The notes beneath the pieces are model-generated. The model ran no database searches and was not told the DNA's origin. It worked only from the letters and a program-made list of their open reading frames with translations. A program made the position numbers and the translations under genes. From a virus, in the IMG/VR virus record IMGVR_UViG_3300015050_000902, positions 2,581-66,580 of that record: DNA of 64,000 nt. One strand, written 5' to 3'. Of this stretch, positions 17,420-27,169 are shown piece after piece (the stretch's first letter is position 1; every line of letters begins with the position of its first letter).

Positions 17420-20400
17420 ATGACCGACTGGAATGCCTCACAGGCCTTCATGGCCCATGTCGTACCGTGGCCGACGTCCCCTCAGGACGTCGGCTACGTC
17501 AACCTGCATTTCAGCAGCGTCGACAGGAAGGATGCGACCAAGCTCTACAAGGGCGGCGGCTGGCCATTCCGCAGTGTCGAACAGTTCATCACCCGAGCCA
17601 AATGGGTGACCACCACCACGCAGTTCAAGGACGTCTGGTTCTGCACCTCGCTGCAGCGTCTGACGAAACCCAATACTCGCAACCCGGCAAAGCCACATGC
17701 TCACCGGCTGGCTGCGAACGCGGTCTCGCTCAAGGCGATCTGGATCGACCTCGACGTCAACCGGCCGGGCGAAACCAACCCCAAGAAATATGCCTCGCTT
17801 GAGGAAGCCCTCAAGACCATTTTCCAGTTCCGCTCCCGCGTCGGGCTGCCGGCGTTCAGCGCGCTCGTATCGAGCGGCGGCGGGCTCCATGTCTACTGGA
17901 TCAGCAAGACGGCGATGAAGCCCTCCGAGTGGGCACCGTTCGCCAGCGGCCTCAAGGCGCTGCTGATCAAGGAGGGAGTGAAGTGCGATGCGGGTCTGAC
18001 CACAGATGCGGCACGCATCCTGCGCGTCCCCGGCACCTTCAACCATAAAGATACGCCGCCCTCGCCGGTCTCGCTGCTCAACATCCCACTGGCGCTCTAC
18101 GACTTCGAGGACAAGCTGGCGTCCCTCAAGGAGTTCGCCACGCCCATCGCTGCAGCCAAGGTAGCAGCACCGGCGCACGAGTTGTTCGTGAATGCCGCTG
18201 CGTTCCAAGGTGTCAAGCCCGCATGGACGGTGGAAGGCCCCGACCTCGATGCAGGGATCGACAAGCAAGCAGAGTTCAAGGTCGACCCCAAGCCAATCTT
18301 CCAGCAGTGCGGGTTCTATCGTGACGCGCTGCTCACCGGCGGCAAGGATCATGACCAGCCGCTCTGGAACCTTGCCGTGCTCGGCACAACCTGGATGGAG
18401 AAGGGCGATGAGATCGCACACGCTGTTTCTAAAGCGCACCCGGGCTATTCCCCGGAGGCTACACAGGCGCTCTACGATCGCAAGGTGGCTGAGCGAACAG
18501 ATGGCGACATTGGATACCCCAGCTGTTCAACCTTTGCAGGCAATGGCAGCAGCGCATGCGCGACGTGCCCGCTCTTCGCAAAAGGCAAGTCACCGCTCAA
18601 TGTGAGGCCGGCTGTTACCGCCGCGGTAAACGGCCCGGCGCTCAACATGGCGACGCCGCTCAACCAGACGCCCCAGGCGAAGGCGCTGTGCCTGCCCGAG
18701 GGCTACGACCTCGACGACGACGGCTACATCTGTAAAGTCAATGAGGTTATCATCGGGGGCGAGACGATGCCTCCGGTGATGCTTCGCCTGTTCCACTCCA
18801 AGCTCACGGACCCGTGGGCGCAGAGCGATCCGGACAGCATCAACTTCAAAACGACCCGCGACAAAGGTCGACCACCGTACGACGCCTCGATCCGTCATGA
18901 GGACATGGGGGGCATGGGGCTTGATAAGATTTTCGCGCGGCAACATGTGAAAATCTACCCTGACAACAAGCGGTTTTTGGAGCACTTCATCGTGTCATGG
19001 CTGGCAAAACTCCACGAGATGCAGGCGGCGCAGCAGTCGCTGCCGTTCGGCTGGTATAAGGAGGCCGGCGCCTATCGAGGCTTCGTCTACGGCGGCCAGC
19101 TGATGAAGGACGACGGCACCGAGCAGCCGTGCGGCGTCGGCGATCCGAAGCTGCGACAGATTTTCCACCCCACCGGCGACCTGCAGCACTGGTTCGACGC
19201 GGCCAAGATCATCACCCAGCAGCGCCGGCCCGAGCTGGACGCCATCATCGCCCTGTCATTCGCCGCGCCCCTCACCGCGCTGATCGGCAAGAACTCCGTG
19301 ACGCTGTGCGCCTATGGCGAGAGCGGCGTCGGCAAGAGCGCTGCCTATTCAGTCGGCGTCGGCGTGTGGGGTCACAGCAAGAAGGGCAAGGCGGTCTCGC
19401 ACTCGACGTTCAACGGCGTGATGCGCAAGATGGGCGAGCTGGCCAACCTGCCGCTCTACTGGGACGAGATCAAGGACCCGAAGGCCCAGGGTGCCGCCTA
19501 CGACTTCATCTACAATGCGTCGGACGGCGTTGAGAAGGACCGCATGGTCGACGGCAAGTCGATGCAGGATCGCGGCACGTGGCAGACCCTCATGATGATG
19601 GCGGCGAACATATCGTTCATCGACTTCGTCGCGTCCAAGGATCGGAGCCACGTCGCCGGCGTCAGTCGCGTGCTGGAGTACAACGTCAAGCGCGCTGTGA
19701 ACCCGGTCGGCCGCATCAGCCAGACCGACGCGGACGTGATCATCGACAAGCTGATGTACAGCTACGGCCAGATGGGCATGCTCTACGCGAAGCTGCTGGC
19801 CATGAACCACGCCGCGATCAAGCAGGAAGCGATCGACACCTGCAAGCAGGTTGAGGCTGACCTTAACGTCACCGAGGAAGAGCGGCTCTGGGTCGCGCTG
19901 GTCGGCACGCTGCTAACCGGCGCGCGGCTGGCCAACCAGCTGGGCACGGACATCGATCTGCCGGCGCTCAAGACGTTCCTCTACGAGGTGCTCCGCGAGA
20001 ACCGCGAGAAGCGCAACACCATGAACCTCAGCGGCACTGGTGACAGCACCGAGGACATCATGACCGGCTACTTCGCCAAGGTGCAGGCCTCCGATCAGGC
20101 GCTGTGGACTTACGGGATGCCAATGGGCGCCGGCAAGCCACCGCCAGTGCTGGTGCTGAAACAGCCGAGCGACATGCGCAACGTCCAGGTGACCACCAAC
20201 GTCGCCGTCCGCTGGGATACCGAGAACGCCACCTGCTACATTCTGCACGAGCACCTCAAGGCCTACCTCGACGAGAACGGCAAGGGCACCTCGACCGTGA
20301 TGAAGTACCTCAAGGACCACTATGGCATGACGATCGAGCGGCGGATCAGCATCGGCGCCGGCACGCTGTTCACCGGCCGCGCGCGGTGCTGCGTGTTCCG

Positions 20401-20527
20401 GAACATCGCCGCCGACAGCGACTGGGGTGAACTTCTCTACCGCTACACGCCGGCAGACAAAATCCCGACGAAGCCGGGGCCGGCTCCGGTCACCGTGGTG
20501 GACACTGGATTTGAGGCCGTAGCCTGA
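17420..20527 (+). CDS. Primase-helicase (AEP/RepB-like primase, Cys cluster, DUF927 and P-loop helicase)
   Basis: WIDLD, SSGGGLHVYW, DAARILRVPGT.N.K, C...C..CP, Walker A GESGVGKS, WDE. Confidence 0.9.
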   Translation: MTDWNASQAFMAHVVPWPTSPQDVGYVNLHFSSVDRKDATKLYKGGGWPFRSVEQFITRAKWVTTTTQFKDVWFCTSLQRLTKPNTRNPAKPHAHRLAANAVSLKAIWIDLDVNRPGETNPKKYASLEEALKTIFQFRSRVGLPAFSALVSSGGGLHVYWISKTAMKPSEWAPFASGLKALLIKEGVKCDAGLTTDAARILRVPGTFNHKDTPPSPVSLLNIPLALYDFEDKLASLKEFATPIAAAKVAAPAHELFVNAAAFQGVKPAWTVEGPDLDAGIDKQAEFKVDPKPIFQQCGFYRDALLTGGKDHDQPLWNLAVLGTTWMEKGDEIAHAVSKAHPGYSPEATQALYDRKVAERTDGDIGYPSCSTFAGNGSSACATCPLFAKGKSPLNVRPAVTAAVNGPALNMATPLNQTPQAKALCLPEGYDLDDDGYICKVNEVIIGGETMPPVMLRLFHSKLTDPWAQSDPDSINFKTTRDKGRPPYDASIRHEDMGGMGLDKIFARQHVKIYPDNKRFLEHFIVSWLAKLHEMQAAQQSLPFGWYKEAGAYRGFVYGGQLMKDDGTEQPCGVGDPKLRQIFHPTGDLQHWFDAAKIITQQRRPELDAIIALSFAAPLTALIGKNSVTLCAYGESGVGKSAAYSVGVGVWGHSKKGKAVSHSTFNGVMRKMGELANLPLYWDEIKDPKAQGAAYDFIYNASDGVEKDRMVDGKSMQDRGTWQTLMMMAANISFIDFVASKDRSHVAGVSRVLEYNVKRAVNPVGRISQTDADVIIDKLMYSYGQMGMLYAKLLAMNHAAIKQEAIDTCKQVEADLNVTEEERLWVALVGTLLTGARLANQLGTDIDLPALKTFLYEVLRENREKRNTMNLSGTGDSTEDIMTGYFAKVQASDQALWTYGMPMGAGKPPPVLVLKQPSDMRNVQVTTNVAVRWDTENATCYILHEHLKAYLDENGKGTSTVMKYLKDHYGMTIERRISIGAGTLFTGRARCCVFRNIAADSDWGELLYRYTPADKIPTKPGPAPVTVVDTGFEAVA
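18615..18629. repeat. TTACCGYNRCGGTAA palindrome (in primase CDS)
   Basis: ttaccgccgcggtaa. Confidence 0.9.
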
Positions 20528-20955
20528 TGGACCGGGACAAGCTCGCCAAGCTGCTGGCAATGACGACCTCCGACAACGACGGCGAAGCGCTCAATGCCGT
20601 GCGCATGGCCAACAAGATGGTAAGGGACGCCGGGATCACGTGGCAGGACGTGCTGCGCGAGCCTGGGGTGCGCGAGATGCACGTGACCATCTCTCCGGGC
20701 CAGTCGTGGAGCATGCAGGCTGGAGCGGCTCCCCAGCACGACTGGGGTGGCATTGCGCCCCACCTCAAGGACAAGGTGATCATCGACACCATGTTCCGTG
20801 GCATCTTTGCTCAGCCGAGGGTTGGGTTCGAGGGCTTCTGGGAGACAATGGACAACATCAAGTCCCACTTCGACCGGCACGGCTCGCTCACCGCGGGTCA
20901 GTATCGAGCGGTGCAGAATAGCTATCGCCGAGCGATGATGAACCGGAAGGGTTGA
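20527..20955 (+). CDS. Hypothetical protein with DUF2786-like N-terminus
   Basis: KLAKLLAM..SDNDGEALNA...A. Confidence 0.65.
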   Translation: MDRDKLAKLLAMTTSDNDGEALNAVRMANKMVRDAGITWQDVLREPGVREMHVTISPGQSWSMQAGAAPQHDWGGIAPHLKDKVIIDTMFRGIFAQPRVGFEGFWETMDNIKSHFDRHGSLTAGQYRAVQNSYRRAMMNRKG

Positions 20956-21109
20956 AATGGTCGTCAAGGATAAACCCGAGCTGCCCGATGACGTAGCCGG
21001 CGAAGATCAGGGCTTTCCACGGGCGGCCTTCGAGGAAGTAGGCGACGACGGTGCCGAGGTAGATGACCCCGACCAGCGCGATGAAGAATGATGACCAGTT
21101 AATGGGCAT
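20888..21109 (-). CDS. Small membrane protein
   Basis: Two hydrophobic helices; last gene of the late arm. Confidence 0.5.
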   Translation of the reverse strand: MPINWSSFFIALVGVIYLGTVVAYFLEGRPWKALIFAGYVIGQLGFILDDHFNPSGSSSLGDSYSAPLDTDPR

Positions 21110-21172
21110 TGGCGAGCGGGGCCGCGTAGGTGGCCCACAGCGCGAACAGCACCATGATCGGAGCGATCCACT

Positions 21173-21346
21173 TCATTTCCGCTTCCTCGTGCTCAAACGT
21201 CGAGCGCGAAACTGGAGCTTGCCATCGACTACCTGATAGTCGACAGCGTGCTCCAGGTTACAGTCGCAGCACTTCTCGTGCTGGCCTGTCCACGCGATGG
21301 TGACCCACTCACCATCTTCAACATGTACGACCGGTTTGCGAGCCAT
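21173..21346 (-). CDS. Small Cys/His protein (57 aa, below ORF-track cutoff)
   Basis: MARKPVVHVEDGEW...CCDCNLEH...; coupled at both ends. Confidence 0.55.
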   Translation of the reverse strand: MARKPVVHVEDGEWVTIAWTGQHEKCCDCNLEHAVDYQVVDGKLQFRARRLSTRKRK

Positions 21347-21525
21347 CAGTCTGCTCCCACGAGCCAGTCAGGATTGTCCCCAGCCTCAAAGCCCTGCATG
21401 TCGTCATCCTTGAGGTGGTAGCGCCGTGGCTTCCTCTTCCTTTTGGGGGGCCTGACGCGTTGCATTGTTCAGCTCCGGATGACATCGACGGCACAGCAGT
21501 TCTGGGATGAGGTGGTCGCACTCGG

Positions 21526-21777
21526 TCAGGAGCGCGGCTTGATCGTTGGCAGACATTTGTCCCCCTTGGATACGTCCTTGAGCGCCGGCGCACAGCCGTG
21601 CCCCTTCCCGGCGCCGCTCTTCGCGTACATTTGATCGCAGTCAGCGCCGGTCTTGGCGTGGTCCGGATCGCGGAACTCGTCGTGCTCCTTGAGGAAGCTG
21701 CGGGTCCGACCGAGCTTGCCCCCGCCACTGGCGTAGTCGGCGTCTCGGGGGGCTTCACCTTTTGCGTATTCGGCCAT
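21526..21777 (-). CDS. Small hydrophilic protein with YAKG/YASGG motifs
   Basis: GGAG RBS; MAEYAKGE. Confidence 0.6.
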   Translation of the reverse strand: MAEYAKGEAPRDADYASGGGKLGRTRSFLKEHDEFRDPDHAKTGADCDQMYAKSGAGKGHGCAPALKDVSKGDKCLPTIKPRS

Positions 21778-21792
21778 GGTCGTCTCCATTTG

Positions 21793-21807
21793 TTACCGTG
21801 ACGGTAA
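21793..21807. repeat. TTACCGYNRCGGTAA palindrome (intergenic)
   Basis: ttaccgtgacggtaa. Confidence 0.9.
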
Positions 21808-21821
21808 GTTCCAAGGGTAAA

Positions 21822-24800
21822 TTATCGGTATCCAGTGCCCTTGCCGACGAGCCCTTCGAGGGGTCCGGAACCGCCCCGTTTGAACCGGGATCGGGCCGCC
21901 TGATCGTTCAGGATCGGGGACTTGCGCTGCCACAGCCTGTTCTTCTCGCTGGGGTCCTTGATGTCGAGCGTCATATCGCGCACAGCCTTGCCTGCCGCGA
22001 TCGCGGCGCGCGCCCCCGGATGCTTATCGTGCGAGGAGGGGTTCTGGGCCTCCTTCTGGATGGCGCCAGCCAGCGTGTTGTAGGGGCTGATGGCGACACG
22101 GGCGACGTGCTCCCCGAGCTGGACGCCGGCACGGGCGGCCGCGGCAGGGCTCCCCTTGACGGCAGCAGCGACGTCTCCAGGCTCCACAATCGACTTGCCG
22201 CGGAAGTCCTTGTTGCTGAGCAGCTGCAGGCCGCCCGACAGCAGCGGCGGCACAGTGGCCACGCCGCGCACGGCCGACATGATGTCCTGCTTGCCCTCGG
22301 CCGCCTGCTCGATGTGATAGGGCACGGTGGTCGGACCGCGGCGCGCGGCCTTCGCATCGTCGTTGCCGGTGATCGCCTTCGCGGCCTGATCGTAGAGGTA
22401 TGGATAGATGAGCGTCGCGAGGATGCCCATCGCCATCAGCTTGCCAGCTGCGTCGACCCGGTCGCCCAGCGTCTTGTCCTTGCTGAAGGCATCGCGGAGG
22501 ATGTTGGCGTACGAGTTGATCATGCCGTAGTGGTACCGGCCGAAGGCAACCTTCGCCGGATCGCCCACGGTCTTTGCGAGCATGCGCCCCCACGGTCCGT
22601 CGCTGCCGACGACGTGCGGCAGACGATAGTTCGGGATGTCGCGCTCTGCCTCGACGATCGCCTTCTTCAGCGAGTGGCCCTGAGCTTCCAGCTCCATCAC
22701 TCGCGCAACGAGGAAGACGTCGCTCGATGCCCACATCAGCGGCGCGGAGAAGTTGTTGTAGATCGCGTTGTGCAGCTTGCGCAGCGGCACGCCCAGCTTG
22801 CCGGCGATGGCGTCCCACTGGTCGGGCTTGCGCTCGATCTCCAGGCCGACGTTCTTCGCGATCTTGCCGAGCATGTCGCGGGTGACGACGCTCGGGTGGA
22901 TCAGGCCAGCCCCCTCCTTCATCATGCCGCGGATGTACGGACCCTGCGTGGTGACCTCGCGGATCGCGTTCGGCAGATGCTGCGTGAAGAGCTTGTAGTT
23001 CTTCGGGATCGACAGGTTGTCCCAGCCGCGACCGACGAACCAGTGCGTGCCCTGATTGTTGATGTGCGGGATCGGCATCCAGAACAGGAGCTTGGTGATC
23101 GAGGAGTTCAGCTGGCGATAGCCGTTCTGCTTGTGACCGGCGAAGTCGTCGAACACAGCCTTCAGGTCCGGGTGCATGAACACGCCGTCCATGTTCGCCA
23201 GATTGGTGGTGTCGTAGCCCTTCGTCACCTTGGTCTGCGGGTTCTTGCTCGACAGGTTCTTGAACTCGGTGGTGTTGGTCAGGCGCGCAAGCTCGGTGAG
23301 ATGGCGCTGCATCGCACCCAGCTGCGCGTTCGCGACCGCTGCCGAGAACGACGCGTTGGTGTAATACTTCATCGGCTTCTTGTCTTCACCGCGGGCGTTG
23401 GCCATGATCTCTTTGGTGGTGGCCTGACGCATGGTGTAGGTGTTCGGGCCAGCGGTATAGATGGCGCCATCCTCGAACTCGAAGTTCGGGTCCTTGATCT
23501 TCTCGCGCTTGTACCGCTCCCACTTCATGAAGCCCTCATCGGTGGGGGCGATCACGTGCCGGCGGCCGGTGGCGTTGTCCACCAGGGCATAGAACTTACG
23601 ATCCTTCGCTGCGTTGGCGTTCGTCGACAGCGCATTGTACTGCGGCGCCGGCTGCGTCGGGTCGTTGGTCGAGTGCAGGATGTCGAAGCCCTTGGTGTCG
23701 CCGCTGGTGATGCGCGAGATGTGGCTGAGCACGTCGGGGCCGATGCGCTTGTCATCGACAGCGCGGATCAGCTTCACGATGTGATCATTGGCATCGAAGA
23801 TCGGCTTGAGGTGCTTGTCGTAGAGCGCCTTGATCGCCGGCGGCAGGTTGTCGATGTGCGTGCCGGTCTGACCTGCCGGCAGCGGGAAGTGCGCACTGTC
23901 CGCATCGCGCGCATGGTAGACCTGCTCCAGGGTCGCCGGGTTGTTCAGCTCCTTGGGGATCGCAGCCAGCTTCTGCACGAGCCGGGTCCACTTCACCTTG
24001 TCCGCGTTGGCGAGCTTGTGCAGGTCATCCGACAGCGACTGGACATAGATGGCGTGCCGCGTGCGCAGCGGCATCGAGCGGTAGCTCTCGGGCTCGCTCT
24101 TCTTGAGCGCCTTGCCAATGCCGGCCATGGCGTTGTTCCAGGCCTGCTTGATCGCGTTGAGATCGAGCGAGCCGCGCTCATCGTTGGCGAACTTCTCGAA
24201 CAGGTCCACCACGCCCTTGGACGCCCGCGGCTCGGCGGCCGCCGGCAGGATGTCGTCGGGGATCACCTTCTTCTGCGCCTTGTTGCCAGCGTCGATCATG
24301 CGCTGCATCTCGGCGGGATCGTGGACCTTGATCTGCTTCACCGGCGCGGCGGCGCCCTCGCTCTCGACGCCGGCGGGCTTGACCGACTTGCGTCCTGCGA
24401 GCTTGGCGGCCTCGGCCTTGCGCATCTCGGCAGCCGAGATCGCCCGGGTGTCGATCTTGGCAAGGGAGCTATCCTTCACGTCGACAGTCTTCGACGGCAG
24501 CTCCTTCAGATCGGCGCGCGACTTCACGGGGGTCGGCTTGACCATGCTCTCGGCTTCTTCGTGCGGCGTGTCGAACAGCTTGCGCTGCGCCGCGCGATTG
24601 GCGTCGATCTTCGCGATCATGTCGTCTTCGACAGTGTTCTGGGTGGCGAGGGCCTGCTCGGCGCGGCCGACCGCATCATCGCCCGAGCGGCGCGACTTCT
24701 CGATGTCGGCGTCGATCCTGTTACCGCTACGGTAATTGTCGGCGGCTTCGTCGGTCGATCGGAGCAGGCGCTCGGCCTCGCGGAACTTCTTGATGTTGCC

Positions 24801-27158
24801 TGGGGTCGGCTTCATCAGGACCTTCTGCGCTTCACGCGCGAGCATCCATTCCTTCGGCTTGTGCGAGGGCTTCCAACCTTCGATGTTCGGCGCGGCCTGC
24901 TTCAGGCGATCGAGCAGCGCGCCGTCATTCTCATCAGCCACCTTCGGCGCAGTCTTCTCATACCAGTCTACGACCTTTTTGTGTGCGGCCGATCGCTCTG
25001 CCGCCTTGGCCTTGGTGTTGGCGGTGACCGGCTGGCCATCGGACGTGAACACACCCTCGACCGGATAGCCGGCGGAGTTGCCGGTACCGACGCCGTACTT
25101 GCGCAGCCGCTTGCCCTCGGCGGCCTTGAGCAGCGTCTCCTCGGGCGCGCTCTCGATCGCCTTGGCTGCAGCCTCATCGCCGGCGGCACGCTTCTTCTCG
25201 ATCAGGTCCTTGATGACGGCACGCTCGACCGCGGGCTTGGCGCCGACAGTCTTCGCCGGCGTGGCCTCACCCTCGAACTTGCCGTAGGGCTTGGTGGCTG
25301 CGCGCGAGGTGTGCTTCTGCAGGAACTTGACGAGGTCACCGCGCGACACCTCGGTGATCGCACCAAGGCGCTCCGCACCCTTGCCGTCGCCGAAGCCGGC
25401 TTCATAGTGCGCACGAGCAGCGGCCTCATCCTTGTAATAGTTGAAGACCTTGTGCTCATCGAACTTGCCGGTCTCGGCGTTGCGCTGGTCGATGATGAAG
25501 TGCTTGTCGCCATGCTCCGGCTGCTCGGCACGCGGACGCGCCCAGTCGATGTGGTCTTTGTCGGCGCCCTTGGTCTTGTTGTAATAGCCGTAGTCGTAGG
25601 GGCTCGTGTGCTCCCACTCGACGCCGTCCGGTCCCTTACCCTTGCGCGTGCCGCCGGCCTCGGTCTCCACCTTCATCGGCTTGCCAAAGTCGTGCGTGCG
25701 ACCCTTCAGATAGTTGCCAGCCTCCGCCTGCCCCTCGGTCGGGGACGGATGCGGTGCTCCCTTGATCTCGGGCATCGGCTTCGGAACTTCAGCGCCCTTG
25801 GACTTGGCGATAGCTGCGGCGGCCTTCGGCGGCATCTTGACCGCTTCGTTCTCACCGACAGCGAGCGGCGCACCGGCTTCAGGGAAGCCAGCGTCCACCA
25901 CCTGGGGAGCTGCCGGACGGTTGGGGTCAAGCGACATCTCGGGCTCGGGCTGGAAGGCCTGACCTTCCTGCTGCGCCGCTACCCGCTGCCGGGCCTGATC
26001 CATACCCTCGCGCTGCATCTGCGAGCCGTTGAGGAGGCCCTCCTCGGACTGCACAGGCGGGCGCTGTGGCGCGGGCTGGCCCACACCGGATGGATGGTCA
26101 TCGAAGCCCGGGATGACCTCCGGACCTGGGTTGGCTGCCTGCGCTGCCGCGATCGTGGCGGGGTCGTGGTCGCCCTGGGTGAGGATGCCCGGCTGATAGT
26201 TCGCCTTGGCGATCTCGCGCATCTGGCTCTCGGGCACGCCCTCCTCGAAGGCAAGCTCGCGCATCACCTCGGGGTCAGCCAGTGCCTCGGCGTAGCGGCC
26301 CTGCATGGCCGGGTCGACACCCTTGGTATAGGTGCGTGCGCTGCGCTGTGGCGCTGATTGCGGGTTGCCCGTGGTCTCGCCTGTTGCCGGCGGCTGGGGC
26401 TGCGCGAGCGAGCTGCCGGCGACGTTGACCTCGACCTCCGGATCATCAACGTCGGCATGAGACTGGGCGGCCTCGGGATTGGCGGCCACGCCGGGACGGC
26501 CGGGCACCATGCGGCCACCGGCGTTCACGAATTTGTCACCGACGCGGTTGACGCCCGGCAGGGCAGCACCAGCGACGACGTTGGCGGCCAGCCGGCGGGC
26601 ATCGAACTCACCCTCGTAGGCCTGCTGCGCGCCCTCGACACCGCCACCGAAGGCGGCACCGGCGCCACGCTGGACGATCTGGTTCATGGCTGGAGCGAGC
26701 TTGGAGGCGCCGGCGACGGGGCTCAGGCCCACAGCGCTGCCGGCGATCTCGCCACCGATCGAGGACCATGGGTTCTCTTCTGCATTGACGCGCTGCTGCT
26801 CGGCGTCGTCGATCCCGACGTACGGCAGGGCGGCTTCCTGCGCCATGTGCGCGCCGACACCAGCTGCGATACCGCCCACCAGACCGCCTGCGAGCGCGCC
26901 CCATGGGCCAGCGGCAGCACCGATCTTGGCACCAGCGCCAATGCCCGCGAGACTGGCGAGGCCGGGACCCACGCTGTGCGCGGCTTTACGGCCGAACGTG
27001 GCGGCGGGCCCCTCGGGGGTCACACCGCTGGGCAGGTCGTCGAAGGCAGGGATGTCGTCAAAGCGCGGGACCGCTGAAGCCGCGGCAGGTGGCTCTGCTG
27101 CGTCGGGCAAATCGTCGAACGACGGGATGTCGTCGAACATCGGGACTTCATCAGCCAT
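21822..27158 (-). CDS. Large internal virion/ejection polyvalent protein with inorganic pyrophosphatase-like domain
   Basis: About 1780 aa, last of the core-protein cluster; Gly/Ala hydrophobic N-region; PT..Q.EAGNY.KG...DYGY...T.GAD.DHID...FDEHKV signature at about 25320-25745. Confidence 0.8.
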   Translation of the reverse strand: MADEVPMFDDIPSFDDLPDAAEPPAAASAVPRFDDIPAFDDLPSGVTPEGPAATFGRKAAHSVGPGLASLAGIGAGAKIGAAAGPWGALAGGLVGGIAAGVGAHMAQEAALPYVGIDDAEQQRVNAEENPWSSIGGEIAGSAVGLSPVAGASKLAPAMNQIVQRGAGAAFGGGVEGAQQAYEGEFDARRLAANVVAGAALPGVNRVGDKFVNAGGRMVPGRPGVAANPEAAQSHADVDDPEVEVNVAGSSLAQPQPPATGETTGNPQSAPQRSARTYTKGVDPAMQGRYAEALADPEVMRELAFEEGVPESQMREIAKANYQPGILTQGDHDPATIAAAQAANPGPEVIPGFDDHPSGVGQPAPQRPPVQSEEGLLNGSQMQREGMDQARQRVAAQQEGQAFQPEPEMSLDPNRPAAPQVVDAGFPEAGAPLAVGENEAVKMPPKAAAAIAKSKGAEVPKPMPEIKGAPHPSPTEGQAEAGNYLKGRTHDFGKPMKVETEAGGTRKGKGPDGVEWEHTSPYDYGYYNKTKGADKDHIDWARPRAEQPEHGDKHFIIDQRNAETGKFDEHKVFNYYKDEAAARAHYEAGFGDGKGAERLGAITEVSRGDLVKFLQKHTSRAATKPYGKFEGEATPAKTVGAKPAVERAVIKDLIEKKRAAGDEAAAKAIESAPEETLLKAAEGKRLRKYGVGTGNSAGYPVEGVFTSDGQPVTANTKAKAAERSAAHKKVVDWYEKTAPKVADENDGALLDRLKQAAPNIEGWKPSHKPKEWMLAREAQKVLMKPTPGNIKKFREAERLLRSTDEAADNYRSGNRIDADIEKSRRSGDDAVGRAEQALATQNTVEDDMIAKIDANRAAQRKLFDTPHEEAESMVKPTPVKSRADLKELPSKTVDVKDSSLAKIDTRAISAAEMRKAEAAKLAGRKSVKPAGVESEGAAAPVKQIKVHDPAEMQRMIDAGNKAQKKVIPDDILPAAAEPRASKGVVDLFEKFANDERGSLDLNAIKQAWNNAMAGIGKALKKSEPESYRSMPLRTRHAIYVQSLSDDLHKLANADKVKWTRLVQKLAAIPKELNNPATLEQVYHARDADSAHFPLPAGQTGTHIDNLPPAIKALYDKHLKPIFDANDHIVKLIRAVDDKRIGPDVLSHISRITSGDTKGFDILHSTNDPTQPAPQYNALSTNANAAKDRKFYALVDNATGRRHVIAPTDEGFMKWERYKREKIKDPNFEFEDGAIYTAGPNTYTMRQATTKEIMANARGEDKKPMKYYTNASFSAAVANAQLGAMQRHLTELARLTNTTEFKNLSSKNPQTKVTKGYDTTNLANMDGVFMHPDLKAVFDDFAGHKQNGYRQLNSSITKLLFWMPIPHINNQGTHWFVGRGWDNLSIPKNYKLFTQHLPNAIREVTTQGPYIRGMMKEGAGLIHPSVVTRDMLGKIAKNVGLEIERKPDQWDAIAGKLGVPLRKLHNAIYNNFSAPLMWASSDVFLVARVMELEAQGHSLKKAIVEAERDIPNYRLPHVVGSDGPWGRMLAKTVGDPAKVAFGRYHYGMINSYANILRDAFSKDKTLGDRVDAAGKLMAMGILATLIYPYLYDQAAKAITGNDDAKAARRGPTTVPYHIEQAAEGKQDIMSAVRGVATVPPLLSGGLQLLSNKDFRGKSIVEPGDVAAAVKGSPAAAARAGVQLGEHVARVAISPYNTLAGAIQKEAQNPSSHDKHPGARAAIAAGKAVRDMTLDIKDPSEKNRLWQRKSPILNDQAARSRFKRGGSGPLEGLVGKGTGYR
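24721..24735. repeat. TTACCGYNRCGGTAA palindrome (in CDS)
   Basis: ttaccgctacggtaa. Confidence 0.9.
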
Positions 27159-27169
27159 GGCATGTGGCC

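Noticed and set aside
21346-21556. Programmed frameshift at the G6/T4 run near 21441-21450
   Set aside because: The downstream frame has its own ATG (21465) with a GGAG RBS, so separate tiny ORFs explain it
21762-26357. 1531-aa + strand ORF and other long antisense ORFs (e.g. 828-2246, 28591-30867, 46695-48572)
   Set aside because: Shadow frames of real genes in GC-rich DNA; no motifs or RBS, and the opposite strand carries recognisable proteins
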